Positions 1-9,012 of a stretch of DNA of 64,000 bases are shown one piece after another. The notes beneath the pieces are model-generated. The model worked only from the letters and a program-made list of their open reading frames with translations. It was not told where the DNA came from and did no database searches. Each line of letters begins with the position of its first letter. The first letter of the stretch is position 1. This DNA is from a candidate division WOR-3 bacterium (lineage in GTDB: Bacteria > Hydrothermota > Tepidihabitantia > SM23-42 > JAOAFX01): contig JBBINQ010000007.1 of the NCBI GenBank assembly GCA_037443805.1, positions 12,977 through 76,976 on the forward strand, in the 5' to 3' direction. A program made the position numbers and the translations under genes.

Positions 1-298
1 GCTCGGTATGTATGATTCAGCAGATGTAATGCTTTCACAGATTAAGAGTAATGACCCGCAAACGCTTTTAAGGATTGGTATGATCTATCGGACAATGGAA
101 CGATATGATAAGGCGATTGAGTATTTTCAAAACCTTGTTACTGCTTATCCGCGCAATGCCCAGGGTTATATGGCTCTGCTTTCAACCTATCTTGATAAAA
201 ATGATACAGCATCAGCAAAAAAGATTATTCGTCAGTGGCTGATGATTAATCCTGCTGATACAAGTGCCCAGAGTATGTTAAAAGAACTGGGAGAGTAA
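1..298 (+). CDS. C-terminal fragment of a TPR-repeat protein (5' partial, continues upstream of window); paralog of the C-terminus of the 1804..4491 protein
   Basis: Frame is open from window start. Tail ...AIEYFQNLVTAYPRNAQGYMALLSTYLDKNDTASAKKIIRQWLMINPADTSAQ aligns with ...AIEYFQEALRINPRNASGYMGLIITYLDLGDTSSARRILQDWLRFNPYDTNAQ of the 1804..4491 protein. Confidence 0.5.
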   Translation, partial: LGMYDSADVMLSQIKSNDPQTLLRIGMIYRTMERYDKAIEYFQNLVTAYPRNAQGYMALLSTYLDKNDTASAKKIIRQWLMINPADTSAQSMLKELGE

Positions 299-299
299 T

Positions 300-1256
300 A
301 TGGCAAAGGCAGTGGTATTATATTCAGGCGGGCTTGATTCTACACTTGCCCTGGAATTGGTAAAAGAATGGGGCATTAAAGTTCTTCCCTTACATATTAG
401 CCATCTGTTCTTGCCCTCAAAAGCCCTGCCCCGGAAAATGAAATTGAAAACTGTTGAGGTAACCAAAGAGTTGATAGAGATCATCCGTTCACCAAAATAT
501 GGATTTGGTGAACATCTTAATCCCTGTGTTGATTGTAGAATATTAATGTTAAAAAAGGCAAAAGAATATATGGATGAGATCAAAGCAGATTTTGTAGTAA
601 CCGGTGAAGTAATTGACCAGCGACCATTTTCACAGCGTATTGAAATGCTTATTACAATTGAAAAGAAGGCAGGGCTGGAAGGACTTGTGGTAAGACCTTT
701 GAGCGGAGGGCTTTTACCCCAGACTATTCCAGAAAAGAATGGATTAATAAAAAGGGATAATTTATTAAAATTTAAAGGAAGGTCAAGGCGACCGATCCTG
801 GCATTGGCACAGGAAAAAAATATTACAGAATTTTTTACGCCTGGTGGAGGCTGTTTATTAACCGACCCGGGTTTTTCGCGAAGACTTGCTGATTTGATGC
901 GATTTCAAGAGGAGATAACTGAAACTGATATTGCACTATTAAAAATAGGTCGCCATTTCAGACTGAATAATGAAACAAAATTGATTGTGGGACGGAATGA
1001 AGAAGAGAACAGTTTGATTGAAAAATTTAGTGATGCCGGTATATTTCTATTATATGTACCTGAGACCGGCAGCCCCAATGGTATTCTTCAGGGCGATAAA
1101 ACATTTTTAAATATTGCAGCACAGATTATTGCACGATACAGTGATAAAAAGGATGAACCTCAGGTAGAGGTCTGGTACAAGGCAAAGAAAAAGACTGGCA
1201 AGGTCACGGTTGCTCCAATTAAAGATAGTGAATTGAATAAGTATCGTATTGGTTAA
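300..1256 (+). CDS. PP-loop (adenine nucleotide alpha-hydrolase) ATPase, ThiI/LarE-like, probable sulfur/tRNA-modification enzyme
   Basis: N-terminal SGGLDS PP-loop (VVLYSGGLDSTLA). NPCVDCR cysteine motif about 60 aa downstream as in LarE/ThiI-type enzymes. No THUMP domain. Confidence 0.55.
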   Translation: MAKAVVLYSGGLDSTLALELVKEWGIKVLPLHISHLFLPSKALPRKMKLKTVEVTKELIEIIRSPKYGFGEHLNPCVDCRILMLKKAKEYMDEIKADFVVTGEVIDQRPFSQRIEMLITIEKKAGLEGLVVRPLSGGLLPQTIPEKNGLIKRDNLLKFKGRSRRPILALAQEKNITEFFTPGGGCLLTDPGFSRRLADLMRFQEEITETDIALLKIGRHFRLNNETKLIVGRNEEENSLIEKFSDAGIFLLYVPETGSPNGILQGDKTFLNIAAQIIARYSDKKDEPQVEVWYKAKKKTGKVTVAPIKDSELNKYRIG

Positions 1257-1259
1257 TCT

Positions 1260-1748
1260 ATGGAAAGACTCTGGGCACCATGGCGTATGGAGTATATCCG
1301 CAATCCGGGACATGAATGTTTTCTTTGTTCAGCTTTGAAGAATAAAAAATTAGAAGAGGTTCTTATTCTTGAAAAGATGGAATTAGGTTTTACAATAATG
1401 AATCGTTATCCATATAATAATGGACATTTATTGATTGCACCAGTAAGGCATATTGGTCTTGTTGAAGCATTCAATGACGATGAAATTATCACGATTCACC
1501 GCTTGCTGAACAGGGCAATCATTGCAATTAATCAAACAATGCATCCAGATGGTTTTAATATTGGGCTGAATTTGGGAAGGGTTGCCGGTGCAGGGCTCGT
1601 TGACCACATCCATTATCATCTTGTTCCACGCTGGCAGGGTGATACAAATTTTATGCCGGTATTGACCGAGACAAAGGTTCTTTCTGAAGCACTGGCACAG
1701 ACTTATAAACGAATCAAACAGGGGTTTGACCAGCTTGATAGACTATAA
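1260..1748 (+). CDS. HIT-family (histidine triad) nucleotide hydrolase/transferase
   Basis: HIHYHLVPRW histidine-triad motif. N-terminal APWRMEYI...CFLC typical of the HIT/GalT-like branch. Confidence 0.8.
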   Translation: MERLWAPWRMEYIRNPGHECFLCSALKNKKLEEVLILEKMELGFTIMNRYPYNNGHLLIAPVRHIGLVEAFNDDEIITIHRLLNRAIIAINQTMHPDGFNIGLNLGRVAGAGLVDHIHYHLVPRWQGDTNFMPVLTETKVLSEALAQTYKRIKQGFDQLDRL

Positions 1749-1803
1749 AATGGTTAGCCCCATGATTAACTACATTATTAATTAACCGACATCTATCTTG
1801 TAA

Positions 1804-4491
1804 ATGGCATTTTTAGAAAATAAATTAAAGAATATACTCATAGTTGCTGTTTTTTTGGTTGCCGGGGTTGTATATTTATTCACTGTCGCACCAACATTCT
1901 CATTCTGGGATTGTGGAGAATTTGTTGCTTCATCATATACCCTGGCAATTCCCCATCCACCAGGCACACCATTTTATGTTGTGCTGGGCAGGGTCTGGTT
2001 GATAATTATTGGCGTGATTGCAAGTATTTTGCCGATCTCTAAAGAGGTGGGCTGGCAAATGAACCTGCTTGCAATATCTTTTTCACTGGGTTCAATATTT
2101 TTTATTTATAAGATTTTCTTGACAATAATATCATTAAGCAAAAATGGTTTAAATTATAAAGGTATCTGGTCTGGCTTCCTCACAGCCCTGACAATAGCTT
2201 TTTATTTTACAATCTGGCAGAATGCAGTAGAAACAGAGGTCTATGCAGCAGCAAGCTTTATTTTTGTTCTAATAAATTATCTGGTAATTCGCTGGTATGA
2301 GGGGATAAAGAAGAACCAACCAAATAATTTTCTTCTTCTGCTCAGTTTTTATTTAATCTTTCTTGCGACAGGTATTCATCTTGTCCCCTTTTTGATTCTT
2401 ATTCCGATATATATATTTATCTTTGTTGTCAAAAAAGATTTTTTGAAAGACAGACTGTTTGTATTATTTGGTATTTTTCAGATTTGTATTTTTGCCTATA
2501 TGTTCCTGCTACCGGATAATCTCCTTATTATTGCACTGATTGTCCTTGTTTTAATTATTGTTTCAGCAATAATTTTATCATTAAGTGGCTCTGCAACCAG
2601 GAGCGAGCGGATATTTTTCTGGACTGGTATGGCTCTTGTCTTTGTTGGTTTGAGCTCTCAATTATACCTTCCTTTGAGGTCAAGAAGGCTTACCGAGATG
2701 TATCAAGATAAGGTTATAACTGAGCAGTACATTAAAGGAAAGAACATCGCACCGCGGATCAATATGAATGAACCTGGTGAATCAATCGCTTCTTTTTTTG
2801 GTGTGCTCCATCGTTCTCAATATGGTGTGCAGAAGATTATACCGAGACAGACCCAGGCACAGGGTGCAAATTTAGTCCAGGGTGTTTTTTACCAAATTGC
2901 ACTCTATGTCCGTTATCTTTCTCAACAGATTGCACCCGAATATTTAAATGGCTTCTTAAGATTAATTCTTCTTTTAATTTTTTATCTCTTGTTTTTTTAT
3001 GGAATATTTGAATTCTATAAGAGGGAACGCAACTTATTTATTTTACTGATTCTGATTTTGTTTTTTGTTTCAATTGGTGTTGTAGGTTATTTGAACCTGA
3101 AGTTTTCTCCTTCAGACGCTGACCCATCACATCAGCCAAGAGAGGTCAGGGAACGTGATTATTTTTTCCATACAAGTTTTTTATATGCAGGGCTCTTTAT
3201 TTCGTTTGGAATTCTCGGGTTTTTAGACCATATAAAAAAGAGAAGTATTATATCCTTGTGTATTCCAGGTTTGACCATATACTCAATTGTTCCCATATTT
3301 TTTAACTACCCTCTTATCAGCCGTTATAAAAATTTTATTCCCCGCGATTATGGTTATAATCTGTTAATTTCGTGCGTACCAAATGGAATTTTATTTACGA
3401 ATGGTGATAATGATACATTTCCTTTGTGGTATGTTCAGGAAGTGCTAGGTGTGCGTCGGGATGTGATTGTAGCAAATCTTTCGCTGATCAATACTGACTG
3501 GTATATCCGCCATTTGAAATACTGGGGTGTGCCCATAAGTTTTGATACCGCAACAATTAAAAAATTGTGTAATCAGGGTTATTTTGTGACACCTGATAAC
3601 AGGGTTATGCTGGTAAAAGATATAATGATACGCGATATCATCGCGGGTAATGCTGGTAAGAAATTAAGTAGTCAGGACTATTTTATTAAACCTGAAGAGT
3701 TTGCGCAAAAATATCTTAAAAATTATCAAGGTAAGGTTCCATTGTATTTTTCTTCTACTGTAGACTATGAAAATTATAAAGGGTTTGAGTCCTATCTAAA
3801 AATAGAAGGTATAGTGTACCGTGTGACCGGAGACAGCATACCATTTCCAAAACACATTGATATTAAAAGAACCCAGGACTTATTTTACCGTATTTACCGC
3901 TATACTGGATTTTTTTCACCGGATAAATATGATATGCTTTCAAAAATACTTGAGGATTTTGAAAAAAGAAAAAGTGAAGGAGAATTTTTTGGCTTTGAAA
4001 CACTAAAGGATGAGAATACAAGGGGACTTTATTTTAATTACGGTATTGCATTGATCTATCTTGGCTTTCTGCTCAAAAATAATGGAGATTTTGAAGGTGC
4101 CCTGGATGCCTGGCGTTTAGCTCTAATGGTTGAATCTCTGGGTCCTGAGACCTGGAAACTCTATTATAATCTTGGTATGCTTTTTAACCAGTTAAAAATC
4201 CGAGATTCTGCAGTAGAATATTTTAAACGGATAAAGGTCAATGAGCCTCAAATCTATAGTCAGATTGGTGAATCATTCAGGTCTAATGGTGATTATCAAA
4301 GGGCAATAGAGTATTTTCAAGAGGCATTGCGCATAAATCCGCGCAATGCCTCAGGTTATATGGGTCTTATTATTACCTATCTTGATCTTGGCGATACCAG
4401 TTCAGCAAGAAGAATCTTACAGGACTGGTTAAGGTTTAATCCCTATGATACAAATGCCCAGATGTTGTTAGAAGATTTGCAAAGACATTAA
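1804..4491 (+). CDS. Polytopic membrane protein of the DUF2723/TMEM260-like (glycosyltransferase-39-like) family with C-terminal TPR repeats
   Basis: About 12 predicted TM helices. FWDCGEF...IPHPPGTPFY motif characteristic of DUF2723. C-terminal third has TPR-like repeats (AIEYFQEALRINP, GYMGL). Confidence 0.65.
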   Translation: MAFLENKLKNILIVAVFLVAGVVYLFTVAPTFSFWDCGEFVASSYTLAIPHPPGTPFYVVLGRVWLIIIGVIASILPISKEVGWQMNLLAISFSLGSIFFIYKIFLTIISLSKNGLNYKGIWSGFLTALTIAFYFTIWQNAVETEVYAAASFIFVLINYLVIRWYEGIKKNQPNNFLLLLSFYLIFLATGIHLVPFLILIPIYIFIFVVKKDFLKDRLFVLFGIFQICIFAYMFLLPDNLLIIALIVLVLIIVSAIILSLSGSATRSERIFFWTGMALVFVGLSSQLYLPLRSRRLTEMYQDKVITEQYIKGKNIAPRINMNEPGESIASFFGVLHRSQYGVQKIIPRQTQAQGANLVQGVFYQIALYVRYLSQQIAPEYLNGFLRLILLLIFYLLFFYGIFEFYKRERNLFILLILILFFVSIGVVGYLNLKFSPSDADPSHQPREVRERDYFFHTSFLYAGLFISFGILGFLDHIKKRSIISLCIPGLTIYSIVPIFFNYPLISRYKNFIPRDYGYNLLISCVPNGILFTNGDNDTFPLWYVQEVLGVRRDVIVANLSLINTDWYIRHLKYWGVPISFDTATIKKLCNQGYFVTPDNRVMLVKDIMIRDIIAGNAGKKLSSQDYFIKPEEFAQKYLKNYQGKVPLYFSSTVDYENYKGFESYLKIEGIVYRVTGDSIPFPKHIDIKRTQDLFYRIYRYTGFFSPDKYDMLSKILEDFEKRKSEGEFFGFETLKDENTRGLYFNYGIALIYLGFLLKNNGDFEGALDAWRLALMVESLGPETWKLYYNLGMLFNQLKIRDSAVEYFKRIKVNEPQIYSQIGESFRSNGDYQRAIEYFQEALRINPRNASGYMGLIITYLDLGDTSSARRILQDWLRFNPYDTNAQMLLEDLQRH

Positions 4492-4492
4492 C

Positions 4493-5113
4493 CTAATCAC
4501 GGTCCAGAATTCGGTTGAGGTCAGCCATATATTTCTTTACAATATTTTTATTCATTTGCGGAACCTTTGCATAGATGGTGTCCATTTGACTGAATGCCTG
4601 GGTCATTGCTTTCATTGCATCCAGGGACGCCTTAATCATCTGTTTCTCGGCTTCAGAAACCTTGGGGTCATTTAATTTTGCTTCCATCTTTTTAATCTCT
4701 GCTTCATTTTTTGCCATTTCCTGCTGGGCTGAAATTTTAAGTGAGTCCAGAAGGATTGCTGCATAGGCAATCATAGTTTTTGCATAGGCGGGCCAGAATT
4801 CATTCCACCCCATTCCTGCAGCACTCAATCTGGCATCAAGCGTAGCAATCTGTTTATTCAACATACTCATCCCCTGGAATGCCGATAGTATATCACCGGG
4901 TTTTGCATCAAGTTCAATGTCCTGTCCTTCTTTTTCTACGATATCAATGAAGGTCGGCAATACCTTGATAAAACGCTGAACTTCGTTTTCGCTGAGTGTG
5001 TTAAAAGCAATATTTACGCCCTGTTGTTGAGCAGCAGGTGTGGGACCCTGAGGTGCACCACAGCAAATAAAAAATAGCACAATGCAATCCAGAGCGAGTA
5101 AAAATCGTTTCAT
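4493..5113 (-). CDS. Hypothetical secreted/lipoprotein, coiled-coil rich
   Basis: Signal peptide with lipobox-like LFFICCG. K/E/A/Q-rich helical remainder. No recognisable catalytic motif. Confidence 0.45.
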   Translation of the reverse strand: MKRFLLALDCIVLFFICCGAPQGPTPAAQQQGVNIAFNTLSENEVQRFIKVLPTFIDIVEKEGQDIELDAKPGDILSAFQGMSMLNKQIATLDARLSAAGMGWNEFWPAYAKTMIAYAAILLDSLKISAQQEMAKNEAEIKKMEAKLNDPKVSEAEKQMIKASLDAMKAMTQAFSQMDTIYAKVPQMNKNIVKKYMADLNRILDRD

Positions 5114-5171
5114 TTAAACCCCCTTTTGAGTATATTAATTATATATAAAAAAAAGTTCAAGTCAATCATTG

Positions 5172-5199
5172 TTGACAATAAATAAAAATTAGTTATAAT
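5172..5199 (+). promoter_or_regulatory. Sigma-70 type promoter, TTGACA-16-TATAAT, -10 ends 5 nt before ruvX ATG (leaderless or near-leaderless transcript)
   Basis: ttgaca at 5172-5177, tataat at 5194-5199, ATG at 5204/5210. Confidence 0.5.
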
Positions 5200-5203
5200 T
5201 TAA

Positions 5204-5632
5204 ATGATTATGAAGATTATGGCAGTGGATTATGGTAAGATGCGAATCGGCATTGCCCTTACTGACCCACTGGGCGTTATTGCCCAACCATATCTGACCA
5301 TTACTTATAATTCCCGAAAAGACCTTATCAAACGACTTAAGTTTATTAGTGAACAGAATAGCGTTGGACTCATTCTTATTGGTAATCCAGTTTCACTTGA
5401 TGGCAGAACAAATAAAATGTCTGAGGAGATCCACAGATTTGTTAGAGATTTAAAAAAATCATTAAAGATTGAGGTTCAATTATGGGACGAGCGATTTACG
5501 AGCCAGTATGCATTAAAAGTCTTAAAAGACCATGGTATAAAAAAGAAAAATTTAGATGAAATTGCTGCTTCTTTGATGCTTGAGGAATATTTGAGACAGA
5601 CAAAGAATAGACCCGAGCCGATAGAATGTTAA
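5204..5632 (+). CDS. ruvX: Putative pre-16S rRNA nuclease / Holliday-junction resolvase-like YqgF
   Basis: MKIMAVDYGKMRIGIALTD matches the RuvX N-terminus (lGlDlGtkriGvA). About 140 aa. Followed by mltG as in many genomes. Start may be 5210. Confidence 0.8.
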   Translation: MIMKIMAVDYGKMRIGIALTDPLGVIAQPYLTITYNSRKDLIKRLKFISEQNSVGLILIGNPVSLDGRTNKMSEEIHRFVRDLKKSLKIEVQLWDERFTSQYALKVLKDHGIKKKNLDEIAASLMLEEYLRQTKNRPEPIEC

Positions 5633-5636
5633 TTTT

Positions 5637-6605
5637 ATGCGTAAGATTATCTATCTTATAATAATTTTGGGTATCATTTTTTTATGCTGGCTCCAGCCCT
5701 TTAATATCGGAACGAGAGAAGTCAATATCCCGAAAAATGCTTCTGCCCGTGAGATTGCAAATATTTTAGCAAAAGAAAAGGTTGTTCGTGCAACTACTGA
5801 ATTCTTATTCTGGTTGAAGATTTTAGGTAAAGAAGGCTCTATTCGTTCAGGAAGGTTCCGATTACCAATTTACAAAAATCCAGTCTATGTTATTCAAAAA
5901 CTTGTGCAGGGTGGAAGGAGTGATATTACAATAACCATTCCTGAAGGACTTACCTTAAAAGAAATTGCTGAAATTTTGTATGCAAAGAACATAATCAAAG
6001 ACCAGGACAAATTCCTTGAATTGTGTAATAACAGAAATTTTATAAAAAATTTGGGATTGAATGTTCCATCACTGGAAGGTTATCTTTTTCCTGATACTTA
6101 TTCCTTTGATGAAGATGAGGGTGATGTGAAAATTATAACCAAAATGGTGGAAAATTTAAAAATGCAATTAAAAAAAATTACCACAATACCAGTAGATTCT
6201 TTACAAACGATAATAATTATGGCTTCATTGGTGGAAAAAGAGGCACGTCATGATGAAGAACGACCCATTATTGCCCGTGTTTTCTTTAACCGATTAAAAT
6301 TGGGACGGCCACTTGAATCCTGTGCTACAGTGATATACGCCAAAAAATTAAAAGACCCGCATCTTACAATAACCCATCTTCTAAAAAACGACCTGAAAAT
6401 TGATTCTCCCTATAATACATACCTGCACTATGGTTTACCACCTGGTCCAATCTGTTCACCAGGATTGAGTTCAATAAAATCAGCATTATATCCAGCAGAT
6501 GTTGATTATCTTTATTTTGTTTCCCGTGGGAATGGCTATCACTATTTTTCAAAAACCTATAAAGAACACCTTGCTGCCCAGGAGTATTATAATGCTAAGA
6601 AATGA
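5637..6605 (+). CDS. mltG: Endolytic murein transglycosylase MltG (YceG family)
   Basis: N-terminal TM anchor then YceG-like domain. Conserved LPPGPI and YLYFV motifs near the C-terminus. Confidence 0.8.
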   Translation: MRKIIYLIIILGIIFLCWLQPFNIGTREVNIPKNASAREIANILAKEKVVRATTEFLFWLKILGKEGSIRSGRFRLPIYKNPVYVIQKLVQGGRSDITITIPEGLTLKEIAEILYAKNIIKDQDKFLELCNNRNFIKNLGLNVPSLEGYLFPDTYSFDEDEGDVKIITKMVENLKMQLKKITTIPVDSLQTIIIMASLVEKEARHDEERPIIARVFFNRLKLGRPLESCATVIYAKKLKDPHLTITHLLKNDLKIDSPYNTYLHYGLPPGPICSPGLSSIKSALYPADVDYLYFVSRGNGYHYFSKTYKEHLAAQEYYNAKK

Positions 6606-9012
6606 ATTTGAAGAGATCTTAATTACCCAGTCACCATATTATCAGAAACTCAATAAAATTTATCGCGATTCATTAAATTTTCAGCGTTATCTCACGGTGC
6701 TGAAAAAGATTTCTAATAATGACCCAATCCTGAAACATTTTGAAGAAAAAGAGGGGAAAGAACTTGTCTTTTTAGGGAGAAAGCTCTTCAGTCTCCAGGA
6801 AGAATTTGTATCAAATTATTTAAATTTTCTTAAAGATGAATCAATGATCAGTAAATGGGATGAGTTTTTTGAACGCTATAGTAACACACTTTTTGAAATT
6901 TACAAAAGATTTACCCAAGCTGATGTTTTTAAAATTTTTATTTTTGAGATAGTAAATCGCAAACTATTAAGAGATATTCTTACAAAAGAGGTTGCCCATA
7001 GAACGATTGATGAAAAGGCATTGATTGCAGAGAGATTCGGAGTCGTGATCAACCAATTGTTCAATTATATAAGGCGTTCCCTTACCAGGAATGTGATGGT
7101 GCAAGACCGTCTGATTGTTGATTCTTATGAAAAAATTCCTTTATTCCCCAAAGTAATACGAACAGAAATTACGAAAATGATGGCAAAGATGATTTTACAG
7201 GAAGGTCTGCCCGAACCTTTATTTTCTGCTATTTTAAAACTTCTTTTAAATACCACTTACACCGAAGGGTTGCAGAATCTTATTGATAATATTAAATCAC
7301 TTGGTAAATCATTCAATCGGGAAAAAGTTATGGAGGTAATGCGTAGTCAATTTTTCTTTCCTGATGAAGAAGGCGTACTACAGGTTTTCACTGTTATTCA
7401 AAATGCTGCGCGTGGATTATGTGCTGAAATAAAAAAGAGAAAAGAGGTGTTAGAAAACCAATTAAATCAAATTGAGAATAAAATTATTGAAACCAATCGT
7501 AGTCTGGGTGAGGAGATGGTCAAAATAACCCGCGATTTTTCAACTGAGGAGGCATTGGATATTCAGATAAAAAAATTACGGCGTAACTTAATATCGTTTG
7601 GCTATGATATGAGAAAATTGCGCACTGAATATCAGGAATGCCAAAGGCAGGAAAGTGAAATGGAAGGCATATTGAAATTGAAGCCTGCAGATTTTTTAAA
7701 ATTTATCGTGAAAAATGAATGGGACCCATATCTTCTGTTCCTGATTGGTGAGAAAAAAACAATAGAAGAAGAGACATTTCAGAACCTCGTCAAGGATGTG
7801 ATCAATGAAATAAAGGGTAATAAAGAATTTATTAATAAACTCAATGACCTGCGCATCCCTGGTTTTTTAAAAGAGCGCTATAATACTACTGAAATAATGA
7901 ACAGATTTGAGAATATTGTGAAAAATATTTTTGAACCATTTTTAAAATCAGTTCTTTTAGAAGAGATGGTTGATTATTATCCTAAAGTTACCGGGACGCC
8001 AGCACCTGAAAATATACGCTATATTGCTGAAGAATCAATGAATGGCAGGGTATCAATGGTGGAGAAGGATATCAGTTCTATTACCAAGATTGAAACGCCT
8101 TCAGGATTAAATATTCAGCGATATAAAAATTTAATTTCAGTTCTGACCTATGATATAAGAGGTTCTACCCTGATGGGAACAAAATTACAGAATGCCGCAA
8201 AGGAAAATGAAATAAGAAATCTTTTTCAGGAAAGCATGCTGACCGTTATTGAAAAATTCGGAGGTCTGCCGATAAAAGATACCGGTGATGGCGGGATTAT
8301 TCTTTTTGCCAGCAATAATTATGAATTGAAGAATCAGAAGACCAAAATACCCGCGGCCGGTAGCACCCTTAATGCGGTACGCTGCGGTCTGGAAATGGTG
8401 CGGGAGTCAATCAATTTTGTCCAGGAGAATATTGAGCATTATAAAGATTGGTTTAAAGAAGCCGAGGATAGAAAGATAAATTTTGAGGGGATAACCTATG
8501 CTACTTTGCCCCCCTTGTATCAATCTATATTTCAGATTGGCGTGGGGATTGCATCGGGTGAGTATCCGAGGGAGGTCTATTTAGACCGCAATGCCTTTGG
8601 TGATTTTGATCTCACAGGAATGCTCGTGCGGGAATCAAATTTTTATTCAAAGATAAAAAGCAAAGACAAATCTACTGTAATCTGCGATGATGCCACCATT
8701 TTTAATCTTCTCTTAAATGTTGAGAAATTTTCTTTCTTTGGTGAAACTGGAGTGAAACTTACTGCAGAATCAATGGATATAGAACAGGAACTGGAATACT
8801 GGATTAATCAGAAGATTACACGCCGCGGTTTTATTCTTGACCTCTACAAAATTTTTGCTACAAAGATGGGCGAAGAAATATATCATCCCGGAAGTTTGAA
8901 AATTCTTCTCGGGGTCTTTGATATTACCATAGACGAGACCGGTGAAATAAAAGATGGAAAAGGTGGTCGGGGTAAATTTTTATTTGAACTTTCCTATGAG
9001 GTGCCCAAATGA
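6592..9012 (+). CDS. Large cytoplasmic protein with an about 520 aa helical N-terminal region and a C-terminal class III nucleotidyl-cyclase homology (CHD-like) domain (paralog A)
   Basis: The C-terminal 250 aa follow the CHD pattern. VLTYDIRGST is the counterpart of FaDivGFT, with the first metal Asp. FGGLPIKDTGDGGIILFA is the counterpart of hGGtvdKfiGDavmavFG, with the second metal Asp. IGVGIASGEY...GDFDLTGMLVRES is the counterpart of riGihtGpv..GDtVNlAsRles. STVICDDATIFNLL...FSFFGETGVKLTAES is the counterpart of ilvSeatyelL..f.feelgevelKGk. Start moved to ATG 6592 (MLRNEF), which overlaps the mltG stop by 14 nt. Confidence 0.6.
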   Translation: MLRNEFEEILITQSPYYQKLNKIYRDSLNFQRYLTVLKKISNNDPILKHFEEKEGKELVFLGRKLFSLQEEFVSNYLNFLKDESMISKWDEFFERYSNTLFEIYKRFTQADVFKIFIFEIVNRKLLRDILTKEVAHRTIDEKALIAERFGVVINQLFNYIRRSLTRNVMVQDRLIVDSYEKIPLFPKVIRTEITKMMAKMILQEGLPEPLFSAILKLLLNTTYTEGLQNLIDNIKSLGKSFNREKVMEVMRSQFFFPDEEGVLQVFTVIQNAARGLCAEIKKRKEVLENQLNQIENKIIETNRSLGEEMVKITRDFSTEEALDIQIKKLRRNLISFGYDMRKLRTEYQECQRQESEMEGILKLKPADFLKFIVKNEWDPYLLFLIGEKKTIEEETFQNLVKDVINEIKGNKEFINKLNDLRIPGFLKERYNTTEIMNRFENIVKNIFEPFLKSVLLEEMVDYYPKVTGTPAPENIRYIAEESMNGRVSMVEKDISSITKIETPSGLNIQRYKNLISVLTYDIRGSTLMGTKLQNAAKENEIRNLFQESMLTVIEKFGGLPIKDTGDGGIILFASNNYELKNQKTKIPAAGSTLNAVRCGLEMVRESINFVQENIEHYKDWFKEAEDRKINFEGITYATLPPLYQSIFQIGVGIASGEYPREVYLDRNAFGDFDLTGMLVRESNFYSKIKSKDKSTVICDDATIFNLLLNVEKFSFFGETGVKLTAESMDIEQELEYWINQKITRRGFILDLYKIFATKMGEEIYHPGSLKILLGVFDITIDETGEIKDGKGGRGKFLFELSYEVPK

